From an uncultured archaeon (GTDB lineage Archaea > Asgardarchaeota > Lokiarchaeia > Sigyniarchaeales > SOKP01), in NCBI GenBank assembly GCA_964447495.1, contig CAYUTF010000038.1, positions 1 to 27,880 on the forward strand: 27,880 nucleotides of DNA, written 5' to 3'. Positions 1 through 8,994 of the stretch are shown here, piece after piece. The position numbers and the translations under genes were made by a program. Every line of letters starts with the position of its first letter. Position 1 is the first letter of the stretch. Under the pieces are notes generated by a model. It was given only the letters and a program-made list of their open reading frames with translations, made no database searches and was not told where the DNA came from.

Positions 1-1231
1 GAAAGAGAATTTGGATTAATTTTTCTGATTCTGGTTTTAACATTGAATCTTTGATGATATATTTAATTTCTTCAAACGATTTATCTGAAAGAAGTAATTT
101 TATTAAAAGTGAATTAGGTATTTGAACATCGCAACTTCCTGCGGTAGGATATCCTTGCATTACCTCAACATTTGTAACTTTTCCATTTTTGAATTGTAGA
201 GTAAAACTTTCCCTATAATCACTTATTACAATATCTTGAGACAATCCTTTATGGGAAGATTCTTCGATTCTTTGTACTAATATCGGAATAATAGCTCGCA
301 AAAATGCTCTGATATTTGGGATTCTAATTTGCCAGCCGTAACCTAAATCTTTCTGTCCTCCTATTGAGCAAATATAATGGCCAAAATTGGTGTCTGAATT
401 TACGTGAAAGATAATTTGCTTCTTTTCTGCATTCAGGTTTTTAACAAATTGTAAAATCGAAATCATAATCTCTTCATTGACTTCCGGAACGATAAGTGAA
501 AAAGCAACATTGTCATAAGACATACCAAGAGAAAAAAAGGAATTTGGCTTTCCATTTATCTTGATTAGAAATGTGCTTAAAAAATTATTGTCAAAATCAT
601 CATTCATGAACTTATACATGAAACAATCTGAATTGAATCTATTTGAAATAAAAAACTTTTCTTTTTCTTTAGTGTAAACCGATTTAATAAAAGTTAAGTC
701 TTGTTTCGTAGCTTTTTGAAAAGAAATCTTTTCGATTTTTCTCGATGGAATTTTATTGTTATTTAATAGGATACGCTCATCAAGATTAAAAGCAAATTCG
801 TATCCAAATCTTCGATAATAACAGGGAATACCTCTAAGTACAGAAAGAAGATATCCTTCTTGTTTCATAATTTGTTCATATAATTTATTCATTATTCCTA
901 TAAGCCCCGTATTTCTATACTCCGGGAGAGTTCCTACAAGTCCCATTTCACATAGAGGGATTAGTATCGCATTAAAATTCCATTCTAAGGGCATTAGAGT
1001 AATTGAAGACACTATTTTATGAGAATTATTTTCTTCGATATAAATCCAATAAACTTCGTCTTTCTTTGGATGCTCTATATACAAGCGACTTATATATTTT
1101 TTTAATGATTCGTCTTGATGCACAATTAGATTAAATGAAAGAAATTTTTGTAGTTCTTCTGTACCACCAATAGAGACTCGTAAAGTTAAATTATCTCCAA
1201 TGTTTTTAAAATATCCTTTTTTTATCTTCAT
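1..1231 (-). CDS. GNAT-family N-acetyltransferase (Eis-like), 3' end runs off the window
   Basis: Not in the ORF track. Manual reading from ATG (cat at 1229-1231) gives MKIKKGYFKNIGDNLTLRV...IPLCEMGLVGTLPEYRNTGLIGIM...LRGIPCYYRRFGYEFA. VGTxPEYRxxG (acetyl-CoA binding) and YYRRFGYE are GNAT/Eis hallmarks. The same frame is open at the window edge (...YIIKDSMLKPESEKLIQILF); the middle was not read codon by codon. Confidence 0.8.
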   Translation of the reverse strand, partial: MKIKKGYFKNIGDNLTLRVSIGGTEELQKFLSFNLIVHQDESLKKYISRLYIEHPKKDEVYWIYIEENNSHKIVSSITLMPLEWNFNAILIPLCEMGLVGTLPEYRNTGLIGIMNKLYEQIMKQEGYLLSVLRGIPCYYRRFGYEFAFNLDERILLNNNKIPSRKIEKISFQKATKQDLTFIKSVYTKEKEKFFISNRFNSDCFMYKFMNDDFDNNFLSTFLIKINGKPNSFFSLGMSYDNVAFSLIVPEVNEEIMISILQFVKNLNAEKKQIIFHVNSDTNFGHYICSIGGQKDLGYGWQIRIPNIRAFLRAIIPILVQRIEESSHKGLSQDIVISDYRESFTLQFKNGKVTNVEVMQGYPTAGSCDVQIPNSLLIKLLLSDKSFEEIKYIIKDSMLKPESEKLIQILF

Positions 1232-1398
1232 TAGCGTCTAAATAAGAGAGAATTTCATTGAATAAGTAAATTTATAATATATTAAAAAATTTTTATGAAT
1301 TCAAAAGTGAAATATGCAATTTAGCCATTAATAAAGGAGCTATTATAATCAAATAAAAAAATTAAAATTGAAAAAAAATATTAAAAACTTTTTATCAC

Positions 1399-1426
1399 GT
1401 CTGATTAAATTAGTCTGATTAAATTA
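1399..1426. repeat. Perfect tandem duplication of GTCTGATTAAATTA (2 x 14 bp) at the acyl-CoA dehydrogenase stop codon
   Basis: gtctgattaaatta at 1399-1412 and 1413-1426, read directly. Confidence 0.85.
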
Positions 1427-2719
1427 GCTGACGGACATTTTATAAAGCTGTCTCAATGAAAGTGACATGATATATTGCTGTATTTGTCTGCTTCCTCCTA
1501 CTATTTCCTGGATTCTTGAGATATTCAAGTAGTCATGCATTAAAGTATTATCGCATAAACCAGCGCCACCCATAGCATTAGCACATTCATAGCATACTTT
1601 TTTGGAAAGTTTTGCGGCTTGATATTTAAATTGACTTGCTGAGGCAACCATGGCTTGAGAAATGTTCTTTGGTATATCTCCACCGAATTTCTCATACTTC
1701 TCATCGAAAGATTCACAAAATTTCAGAAGACCTATTGTCAAATTGGTCGTACGAGCCCATAGATCAGCCAATAGGAACCCAACTCCTTGGAATTTGAGAA
1801 TTTCTTGATTGAATTGTTTTCTTACATTCGCATAGATGACAGCGTGAGAAAGAGCGCCCCAACATTCACTCACACCCATAATGGCAATCGAGATTCGTTC
1901 AGGTACGAGACCCTCAAACATATGTTCACGTCCTTTTCCTACTGGTCCTAATATATACTCTTTTGGAACCCTTACATCATTTAGCGTCTCTTTGCCTAAG
2001 AAAAGTTTCGGAACCCATGGAATATTAACCCGCTCAATTCCAAAGCCCTCCCAGCCAGTATTTATAAGAAACTGAGCCATCAGGTTTCCATTATTTTCCT
2101 CTTGAGTAGCATAAGCTACGACCCATTTAGATCGGGGGGCATTAGTATTAAATATCTTAATTCCGTTTAGTAGGAAGCTACCATCATCCTGTGGAGTGCA
2201 GGTGGTCAACTGGTGCACTGCATCAGAGCCCCGTTCCGGTTCGGTGATGAGAATTGCTCCAGGAGAAACTCCCGTGACCATATCCTTTAGAGCTTCCAGT
2301 CTTTGAGGAACATTCTCATGATGCTCATATACGGGATTAATGGCAAGTACGGTCGCCCCGCCACCCATCGCGAACTGTGGGTCAAACATATCAAGAGCTA
2401 TGTTTCTCATCAGGTCAGCTGCTAGCCCCCAGTCATCATAATGCACATCGCACACATCAAAGGTGTGCTGTCTGGTGATGTAGCCTTTTTCCCCGAAATC
2501 TTTTACCCAATCATAGATATCCTCATTGGGTCCGTGCGTGATATTATTTTTTTTCTCATAGCGCATACAAAATCGCTGAACTTCTCTCAAGAAATTGAAC
2601 TCTTTTGGAGATAAAATCGAGGTAAGATTGTTATTCAGAAAGGCATAGCGATTTTTCAAATTGAATTTTTCTAAAATTTCATCATTAATAGCTTGGACTT
2701 TAAATTTTCTTTCGCTCAA
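1424..2719 (-). CDS. Acyl-CoA dehydrogenase family protein
   Basis: Motifs ITEPERGSD, LNGIKIFNTN, RKQFNQEILKFQGV, AMGGAG, IVGGSRQIQ. The C-terminal YEGT glutamate is absent, but GLVPERI matches the helix-G glutamate of isovaleryl-CoA/long-chain type ACADs. TTG start with GTGA 6 nt upstream. Confidence 0.9.
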   Translation of the reverse strand: MSERKFKVQAINDEILEKFNLKNRYAFLNNNLTSILSPKEFNFLREVQRFCMRYEKKNNITHGPNEDIYDWVKDFGEKGYITRQHTFDVCDVHYDDWGLAADLMRNIALDMFDPQFAMGGGATVLAINPVYEHHENVPQRLEALKDMVTGVSPGAILITEPERGSDAVHQLTTCTPQDDGSFLLNGIKIFNTNAPRSKWVVAYATQEENNGNLMAQFLINTGWEGFGIERVNIPWVPKLFLGKETLNDVRVPKEYILGPVGKGREHMFEGLVPERISIAIMGVSECWGALSHAVIYANVRKQFNQEILKFQGVGFLLADLWARTTNLTIGLLKFCESFDEKYEKFGGDIPKNISQAMVASASQFKYQAAKLSKKVCYECANAMGGAGLCDNTLMHDYLNISRIQEIVGGSRQIQQYIMSLSLRQLYKMSVS

Positions 2720-2945
2720 ATTTGATCACAACTTGGAATTTTTAAAATTGTTTGAAAATACATAATCACAAATATGATTTTCTTTTTTAATTTTTGTTCA
2801 AAGAGTCATTTATAAGAAAAAAGAAACTCTAAATAATGACTCGATTAAGAGCAAAAGCATATGATCTATCTATATGGAGTGATAAGAAAAGATAAAAAGA
2901 GTAAAATAATAGAAAAAAATAAGATTAAAGTTAATTTAGAACATT

Positions 2946-3161
2946 TTAGTCCTCGTCTACTTCATCTTCTCCCAATAGTTCTTCGATTTTATCTTCTAGC
3001 TCTTCTACTTTCTCGTCTATTTTAGCAATTTTCGCGTAAGTCTCACAAGTGTCGCACCCGTCGTCTTCCTCGCATCTTGGGAGGGTATCGCATATTTCCT
3101 CAAGTTTATCGCGTTCTTCTAATAAAGTGTCAACTTGGTCTTGAAGATCATCAATGCTCAT
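2946..3161 (-). CDS. Small acidic coiled-coil protein with central C-x5-C-x5-C-x2-C motif (putative metal binding)
   Basis: 71-aa ORF with ATG start and GGTGTGA just upstream. Heptad-like helices flank ICDTLPRCEEDDGCDTCETY. Confidence 0.75.
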   Translation of the reverse strand: MSIDDLQDQVDTLLEERDKLEEICDTLPRCEEDDGCDTCETYAKIAKIDEKVEELEDKIEELLGEDEVDED

Positions 3162-3299
3162 ATTTCACACCTTTTTAGGTAATTATGATAAATCATGCAT
3201 AATTTAATTTTTTTTCTATAAAAAGATCGAACATAAATTTATTAATTAAAATAGGTTTAAAAAAAGAGGAAAAAATAGGCGAAAGGCAAAATGAACTCA

Positions 3300-5345
3300 T
3301 CAGGCTTTCAATTTATTCATTTGATTGTCAATAGTTTTGTTTAATTTAGTTATTTCTTTATCGAGAGTTTTGAGTTCAAAAGAAATAGTTTCATACGTAT
3401 TCTCTTGATCATTAAGCTTTTTTACATAGCGTTCTTTTAAGGTAACCGATTGATTATCCTCACCCAGAACGGAAATATTGTCGCGGAGTCGATTTTGCTC
3501 ATCCGTCATCATATCTCGTTCTTGATAGAGTTTCTCTCGTTTGTCTTTTAACTCATTGAAGTGTTGGACTGATTCTGCGATCTCTTTTAATTGAGTTTCG
3601 ATATTAGCATCGATAAATTTTTGTTTCACATAAAAGGTTGTTTTTCGCATAAAGTCCTCTTTTGACCAATTCCATAGATAATAACTGGATGATATTTCGC
3701 GTTGTTCTTTTAGATTGAAATTAATTACTGCTTTTGGTTTTAATGTTAATTTAAAGCGCCAATAATTGGGAGTTTCTTCGGGTTCAATTGGTTTTTCGAT
3801 AAATTTATAGTCATACGATTTAGGATGGTCTAGATACAGCACTTTTTCGTCATTGGTTTTATTATTTATTTTATAGGTGGTCATTTGATTTGTAAAATAG
3901 TATTCTGTGGCATTTCCTCCACCAAAGCTCACTTTATGAATATTTTTATTCTCAGATTTTACCTCATGATTAATAATTACCGCTTGTTCAACCGCGTAGT
4001 TCAATAATCGTGTATCATCCTTGTTTAGGAAGGGAATTATTGCTTCCCCTGCTAAGTTATCATCATAAATTATGGTTACTGGCCCTCGTTCTAGGGTGAG
4101 ATTGGTGTTATTGGTGATTTCTAAACAGACATTTGGGTTTTTACCATACTCGTTCTTATTGTAAAGTAATACCCGCTTTGCTTTTATAACCTCGGTTAAA
4201 ATTGGCACTAAAGCGGATTGTTTTCTTTTTATGGATACCGGGTTTGAGATATTATATTCGAATAATTCTCCTAAATCCTTGGTTTGAATATTGGTTTGAG
4301 CTTTGAACTTATCAAATACCGCTTCATCGGACATGACTGATCGCATTGCTCCAAGACCTGCTGTTCCACTTGGGGCGGGGAGTGGTCTTGATGCCATTAC
4401 TCCTGCCCTTTTCATCATCTTTGCTGCAGGTCGAGCCTCTGCTTCAGCCATGGCAAAGTCTTCATATCGCTCTGTTTCTAAACCTTCTTCAATTTCAGTT
4501 GGTTGAACACTTAACACTTTTGGGGGTTTAATGACGGGTCTTTGGATAAAGATTGGTCGGTAAAATTCATACTTGAAAGATACCGGCATACCAGCGACCA
4601 GGGTTACCTCAATATCTTCCCAATCTTGATTTGTGGTGTTCTCTATAAGACTCCACCCTGAAAGTAAGCATTTTTCCTCGGTTGCTTGTTCAACGCTCAT
4701 AATTAAGCGATATGAAGTTTTCCAAATGGGGCTTTCTCTGATATAGGAAACAAAGATATTTCTTTCGACATCATCTTTACCTCCCGATTCGCAGTTGATG
4801 AGAATTTTCTTCGCATCTTTTCTTTTTCCAGCAATCACTGTGTTAAGAAAAAATTTCAAGTCTTTCTTTATTTCCTCGTTTAAAATATCAACGGATTTGA
4901 TCTCATCGAATGAGTGTTTCGAGATAACATCATCATCTTGTAAAATGATTAAGATTTTATCAATCACTTTTTCGGTCTTTACTATCTTTTCGCTTTCTTC
5001 AATACCCATTATCCTACCAGATAAACTCTTGTTACCACTTATTGTCACGTTAACTTGAGCACCCTTAATCTGACTGATGAGTGAAGTGAATGAATTGATA
5101 TCAGGAATATTAAGCATAATTGACTTCAGCAATTGAGAGGTGTCTAATGCCGCATCATAAGAAATTGAGCTAATATAGCCTTTTTCACTGGTATCTAATA
5201 CAAAAAGAGATTTTAAAACATCGTCCATTTCGTCGATTTTAAACTCAAGTTCAAAATTATCAGAGCCTTTCAGATTTCCTTCGAGAATGTAATAAGAGAC
5301 GCCATGTTTAAATATTATAACTTTTTTAACTTTTAGTTTGGACAT
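3300..5345 (-). CDS. DUF4139/DUF4140-type protein with C-terminal coiled coil
   Basis: N-terminal KVIIFKHGVSYY and MDDVLKSL; PIWKTSYRL; ENTTNQDWEDIEVTLVAGMP; GELFEYNISNPVSIKRKQSALVPI; C-terminal EQNRLRDNI coiled coil. Family recognised from motifs only. Confidence 0.75.
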   Translation of the reverse strand: MSKLKVKKVIIFKHGVSYYILEGNLKGSDNFELEFKIDEMDDVLKSLFVLDTSEKGYISSISYDAALDTSQLLKSIMLNIPDINSFTSLISQIKGAQVNVTISGNKSLSGRIMGIEESEKIVKTEKVIDKILIILQDDDVISKHSFDEIKSVDILNEEIKKDLKFFLNTVIAGKRKDAKKILINCESGGKDDVERNIFVSYIRESPIWKTSYRLIMSVEQATEEKCLLSGWSLIENTTNQDWEDIEVTLVAGMPVSFKYEFYRPIFIQRPVIKPPKVLSVQPTEIEEGLETERYEDFAMAEAEARPAAKMMKRAGVMASRPLPAPSGTAGLGAMRSVMSDEAVFDKFKAQTNIQTKDLGELFEYNISNPVSIKRKQSALVPILTEVIKAKRVLLYNKNEYGKNPNVCLEITNNTNLTLERGPVTIIYDDNLAGEAIIPFLNKDDTRLLNYAVEQAVIINHEVKSENKNIHKVSFGGGNATEYYFTNQMTTYKINNKTNDEKVLYLDHPKSYDYKFIEKPIEPEETPNYWRFKLTLKPKAVINFNLKEQREISSSYYLWNWSKEDFMRKTTFYVKQKFIDANIETQLKEIAESVQHFNELKDKREKLYQERDMMTDEQNRLRDNISVLGEDNQSVTLKERYVKKLNDQENTYETISFELKTLDKEITKLNKTIDNQMNKLKA

Positions 5346-5426
5346 AGAATTAATATAACCACATGAAAATTTAAATTTTGATGAAAAAAGAGGGAGGATT
5401 TAGAATCAAATTAAGCTTGAAAAAAC

Positions 5427-5933
5427 TCATTGATTCTGTTGTAATATTGCTAAGAGATCTTCTTCAAGTGTAGATTGTGTTTTAGGGTTCTCTACTATAA
5501 CCCCCAGTAAATTTCTAGAAGAATTGAAGAAATAGAACGTAGGAATGGCTTTCAAATCAAACTTTGGGTCAATCACTTCGGGAGGAGATCTTGTTTTATG
5601 CCATAACGGTTCTCCGGGTTTATGGAGAGCATTGACCATAATACCATATAGTATTTTAAAATCAAAATCTAGATTTTTTAAAGTTCTAATAATTTTAATC
5701 ATCCGAGGTAAATTTCTATTGCAATCTGGACACCACTCTGCACCTAAGACAGCAATTCTCAACTTTTCTTTTCTTGAGGTTAAAAAATTAGTTATCTGTT
5801 CGAGAATTTCTGTTTTGGGCTCATAAGTTTCATAATTTAGCTTAATCTTATCCCAAAACTTATTCATATAAGCCTCTGGAGTCATTGTAGGAGATATAAT
5901 ATCTTCCCAACTCAAATCCGATTTGGCATTCAT
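5427..5933 (-). CDS. Thioredoxin-family protein (WCPDC)
   Basis: GAEWCPDC active-site motif and the cis-Pro loop AIPTFYFF, followed by GVIVENP. Confidence 0.85.
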   Translation of the reverse strand: MNAKSDLSWEDIISPTMTPEAYMNKFWDKIKLNYETYEPKTEILEQITNFLTSRKEKLRIAVLGAEWCPDCNRNLPRMIKIIRTLKNLDFDFKILYGIMVNALHKPGEPLWHKTRSPPEVIDPKFDLKAIPTFYFFNSSRNLLGVIVENPKTQSTLEEDLLAILQQNQ

Positions 5934-6086
5934 TGTTGTTAAACACGATTTATAATATAAAAAAATTTTTTTAATAGATCATAAAAAAGTTAGGTTTACT
6001 TGAGCTTATAATAAAAAAGAGATAGAATCATAAATACAAAATGAATTTTATTTTGCATTACTAAAACCGTTATGATGTGAAGAGAG

Positions 6087-7925
6087 ATGTTAAAAGCATT
6101 CAGAGGAAAATTATTAAAAGTGGATTTAACCTCGAATAAGATTTCGACTGAGCAATTAGATGAGAATATAGCCCGTTTATTTCTTGGAGGTGCGGGATAT
6201 GCTTGTCGCTATTTATACGATAAAATTGAGAAAGATACGAAGCCTCTTTCTCCAGACAATATCATCATGATTATGAACGGCCCTTTGAATGGCACTTTTG
6301 CTCCAAATACGGGGCGATGGGTTATCTGTTCAAAATCGCCCTATACAAATATCTGGGGGGAGTCAAATTGTGGTAGCTGGTTTGGAGCGGAGATTAAAAA
6401 AGCGGGTTATGATGGAATCATAATTAGGGGTAAAGCTAAAAGTCCAGTTTATCTTGAAATTAAGGATGAAAATGTCTTGATTAAAGAAGCTAATCTGTTA
6501 TGGGGTAAAGGAACAGCATATACAACAAAGAGATTAAAAGAACTATTTGGAAATGAGAAAGCAATTGTTGCGTGCATAGGACCTGCTGGCGAGAATTTAG
6601 TAAAGTACGCTAATATTATCTCTGAGGAACGGGCTGCTGGAAGAACGGGCATGGGTGCTATTTTTGGCTCAAAAAATTTGAAGGCAATAATTGTTAAGGG
6701 ATCAAATACTAATATTGAGGTTCATGATCCTGATAAATTAAAAATAGCAATAAAAAATGCAAGAGATACGGTAAAGGCATCATTTGGGACTCAAGTACTG
6801 ACAGCATTAGGAACTTCGGGAGGTTTGGATATGTATAATACTACAGGAGAATTACCGATAAAATATTTTACAGAAACAGAATGGGAAAAAGCATATAATA
6901 TTTCAGGCGCAACAATGGCAGAAACTATTTTAACAAAAAATAGATTTTGTCATTCTTGTGTTATTGGGTGCGGACGTCGCGTCAAAATAGAAGAAGGAAA
7001 ATATAAAACTGAGGAAATAGAAGGTCCTGAATATGAAACAATTGTTAGCTTTGGTAGTTTACTTTTGAATGATGATCTGAAAGCAATAGTTCATTTGAAT
7101 ACCTTATGTTTTGATTACGGGATTGATACCATCAGTTCTGGCGGTACAATCGCATGTCTCATCCATCACTATGAGTTAGGAAATATTAATTCTGAAGAAA
7201 TCGATGATCTCAAACCACAGTGGGGAGATATTAGTTTAATTGAGATTTTATTAAAAAAAATTTCATATAGAGAGGGAATTGGAAATGTATTAGCAGAGGG
7301 TTCAAATGTTTTAGCAAGGGAGTTTAATATTTCTAAGGAAGAAATAGCTACTGTAGTTGGATTAGAGATAACGTATCATGACCTTCGTTCTAATTTTGGA
7401 ATGGCTATAGCTTATGGTATGGGTGCAGCATATAGAGGTCCCTCTCATAATGCTTGTGATCCCTATTTTACTTTAGTTGGAGTCCCATTAGAAGAAATTG
7501 GTATGGAAATTATAGATAGATATAGCGATGGTGAAGGTATGGCAAAATATTGCAGTATTGATATGGATTATCGGGCATTATATAGTTCTATGATTATGTG
7601 TTCTTTTTGTAATCCATTACCCTCTCAAAATGCGGCAATAATCGAAGCCGCGACTGGAATAAAATGCGATATTAATCAAATCAAGCTCTTTGGAGAGCGT
7701 ATTTTGACAATGAAACGACTATTTAATCTTAAAATGGGACTTAATATTGCCAATGAACACCTGCCCAATATATTGTTAAAACCATTTAAATCGGGTGGTT
7801 CAGCAGGAAAAACACCTAACTTTACTAAACTAAGAAAATTGTTTTATGAGTATCGTGGATGGTCTATACACTCGGGGAAACCCTCAGAAGAGAGATTAAA
7901 AGCTCTAGGTCTCATTAATTTATGA
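6087..7925 (+). CDS. aor: Aldehyde:ferredoxin oxidoreductase family protein (W/Mo-pterin, 4Fe-4S)
   Basis: GKLLKVDLT, KSPYTNIWGESNCG, CIGPAGEN, AAGRTGMGAIFGSKNLKAI, FeS motif CHSCVIGC, EGPEYET, GIDTIS, C-terminal FYEYRGW...GKP. Confidence 0.93.
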   Translation: MLKAFRGKLLKVDLTSNKISTEQLDENIARLFLGGAGYACRYLYDKIEKDTKPLSPDNIIMIMNGPLNGTFAPNTGRWVICSKSPYTNIWGESNCGSWFGAEIKKAGYDGIIIRGKAKSPVYLEIKDENVLIKEANLLWGKGTAYTTKRLKELFGNEKAIVACIGPAGENLVKYANIISEERAAGRTGMGAIFGSKNLKAIIVKGSNTNIEVHDPDKLKIAIKNARDTVKASFGTQVLTALGTSGGLDMYNTTGELPIKYFTETEWEKAYNISGATMAETILTKNRFCHSCVIGCGRRVKIEEGKYKTEEIEGPEYETIVSFGSLLLNDDLKAIVHLNTLCFDYGIDTISSGGTIACLIHHYELGNINSEEIDDLKPQWGDISLIEILLKKISYREGIGNVLAEGSNVLAREFNISKEEIATVVGLEITYHDLRSNFGMAIAYGMGAAYRGPSHNACDPYFTLVGVPLEEIGMEIIDRYSDGEGMAKYCSIDMDYRALYSSMIMCSFCNPLPSQNAAIIEAATGIKCDINQIKLFGERILTMKRLFNLKMGLNIANEHLPNILLKPFKSGGSAGKTPNFTKLRKLFYEYRGWSIHSGKPSEERLKALGLINL

Positions 7926-8092
7926 AAAGTTGTTGAAGGTGACTTAATTAGTAAGAATTATAATATACATTTTAATATGAAATTAGGTTAATTAGTATTA
8001 AAAGACAAAGAGATCATAGCAGAATATGATAAAAAACATTAGTTTCCTACTTTTTATCAAATATTTACAATTTTTATTAGCCCTATACTTTT

Positions 8093-8269
8093 TTATTTTT
8101 TTTTCACTAATTCTTCCCATTCTTTAAAATATCTATCCAATGAATTCAGCAGTTCATCGAGATTATCTCTATTAAAAATAATATTTTTATTATCTATTTT
8201 TGCCCCAAATTCTCTTGCTAACTTAACCACACGATTATTGAAATTTTTTTCTATTAGCTCATTGGTAAA
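8093..8269 (-). pseudogene. Probable gene remnant (58 sense codons, no in-frame ATG)
   Basis: Minus frame reads FTNELIEKNFNNRVVKLAREFGAKIDNKNIIFNRDNLDELLNSLDRYFKEWEELVKKK*. It is preceded directly by TAG (8270-8272). Composition is protein-like; only an internal GTG could start it. Confidence 0.4.
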
Positions 8270-8361
8270 CTAGAATTCTTATGATTATTTTTGAATTTCT
8301 TATTATATTTTTTATTTAAATATAAAGAAATTATGGGAAGAATAAAAGTCATACTATAAAA

Positions 8362-8994
8362 ATGAATTTTAATTTTAACAGTCAATATATAGAGTTTGAT
8401 TCAGAAGATATTCCATACAGCATATATGAAATAGAGGGAGTAAGTAAAATAACGGAACTTTCACGACAACTTCGTACATTTCTAAATTATAAAGCTGCTA
8501 CAATTCATTATAGGTTTCAACCTAAAACTGTTTCTTGTTGCTATCAAACAAAAAAAAGTATCAGTGAAATTGAGGTTAAATTAAAAAAAATTACTTCGAA
8601 GTTTATAAACTTACTAATTCAAATAAAAGGTAATTCAGTATCATACGAAATTGAGCTCAAAAAAAAAATCCTTGGTCTTTTAGTAAACGAAGATAATAAG
8701 AATCAAATCAAAGATTTAAGGAATCTAACGAAAAAATTATTCATGATTATTCATCTACTTTCAGAGCAAGAAATTTACATATATCCACTATTACTTAAAT
8801 TTATATTAAATTTGTCTCAAGAAGCATGTATCGTTTATAAAATTCTTAATAAGTGGGCTTCAGGATATTATGATGAATTAAGGTTAAACTACGCTCAATT
8901 ATTTAATGAACTAAAAGAATTAATACAAACAAATCAAACTTATAAAAATTATAAAAAGGAACACCGAGATTTAGAGGTGAGATTAAAAGAATGA
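8362..8994 (+). CDS. Hypothetical protein, translationally coupled to the downstream 829-aa gene
   Basis: 210-aa ORF. Its stop overlaps the next start (ATGA at 8991-8994), with GAGGTGA upstream of that start. Confidence 0.7.
   Translation: MNFNFNSQYIEFDSEDIPYSIYEIEGVSKITELSRQLRTFLNYKAATIHYRFQPKTVSCCYQTKKSISEIEVKLKKITSKFINLLIQIKGNSVSYEIELKKKILGLLVNEDNKNQIKDLRNLTKKLFMIIHLLSEQEIYIYPLLLKFILNLSQEACIVYKILNKWASGYYDELRLNYAQLFNELKELIQTNQTYKNYKKEHRDLEVRLKE

Noticed and set aside
1881-6652. Short ORF-track entries inside larger genes (1881-2075, 4303-4506, 4346-4531, 4795-5058, 5545-5826, 6449-6652)
   Set aside because: Antisense shadows of well-supported genes, with no recognisable motifs.
7923-7925. 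TGA stops of aor (and of the DUF4139, thioredoxin and LysR genes) as possible selenocysteine codons
   Set aside because: Each TGA falls at the expected C-terminus of its family, and the active-site positions are ordinary Cys.
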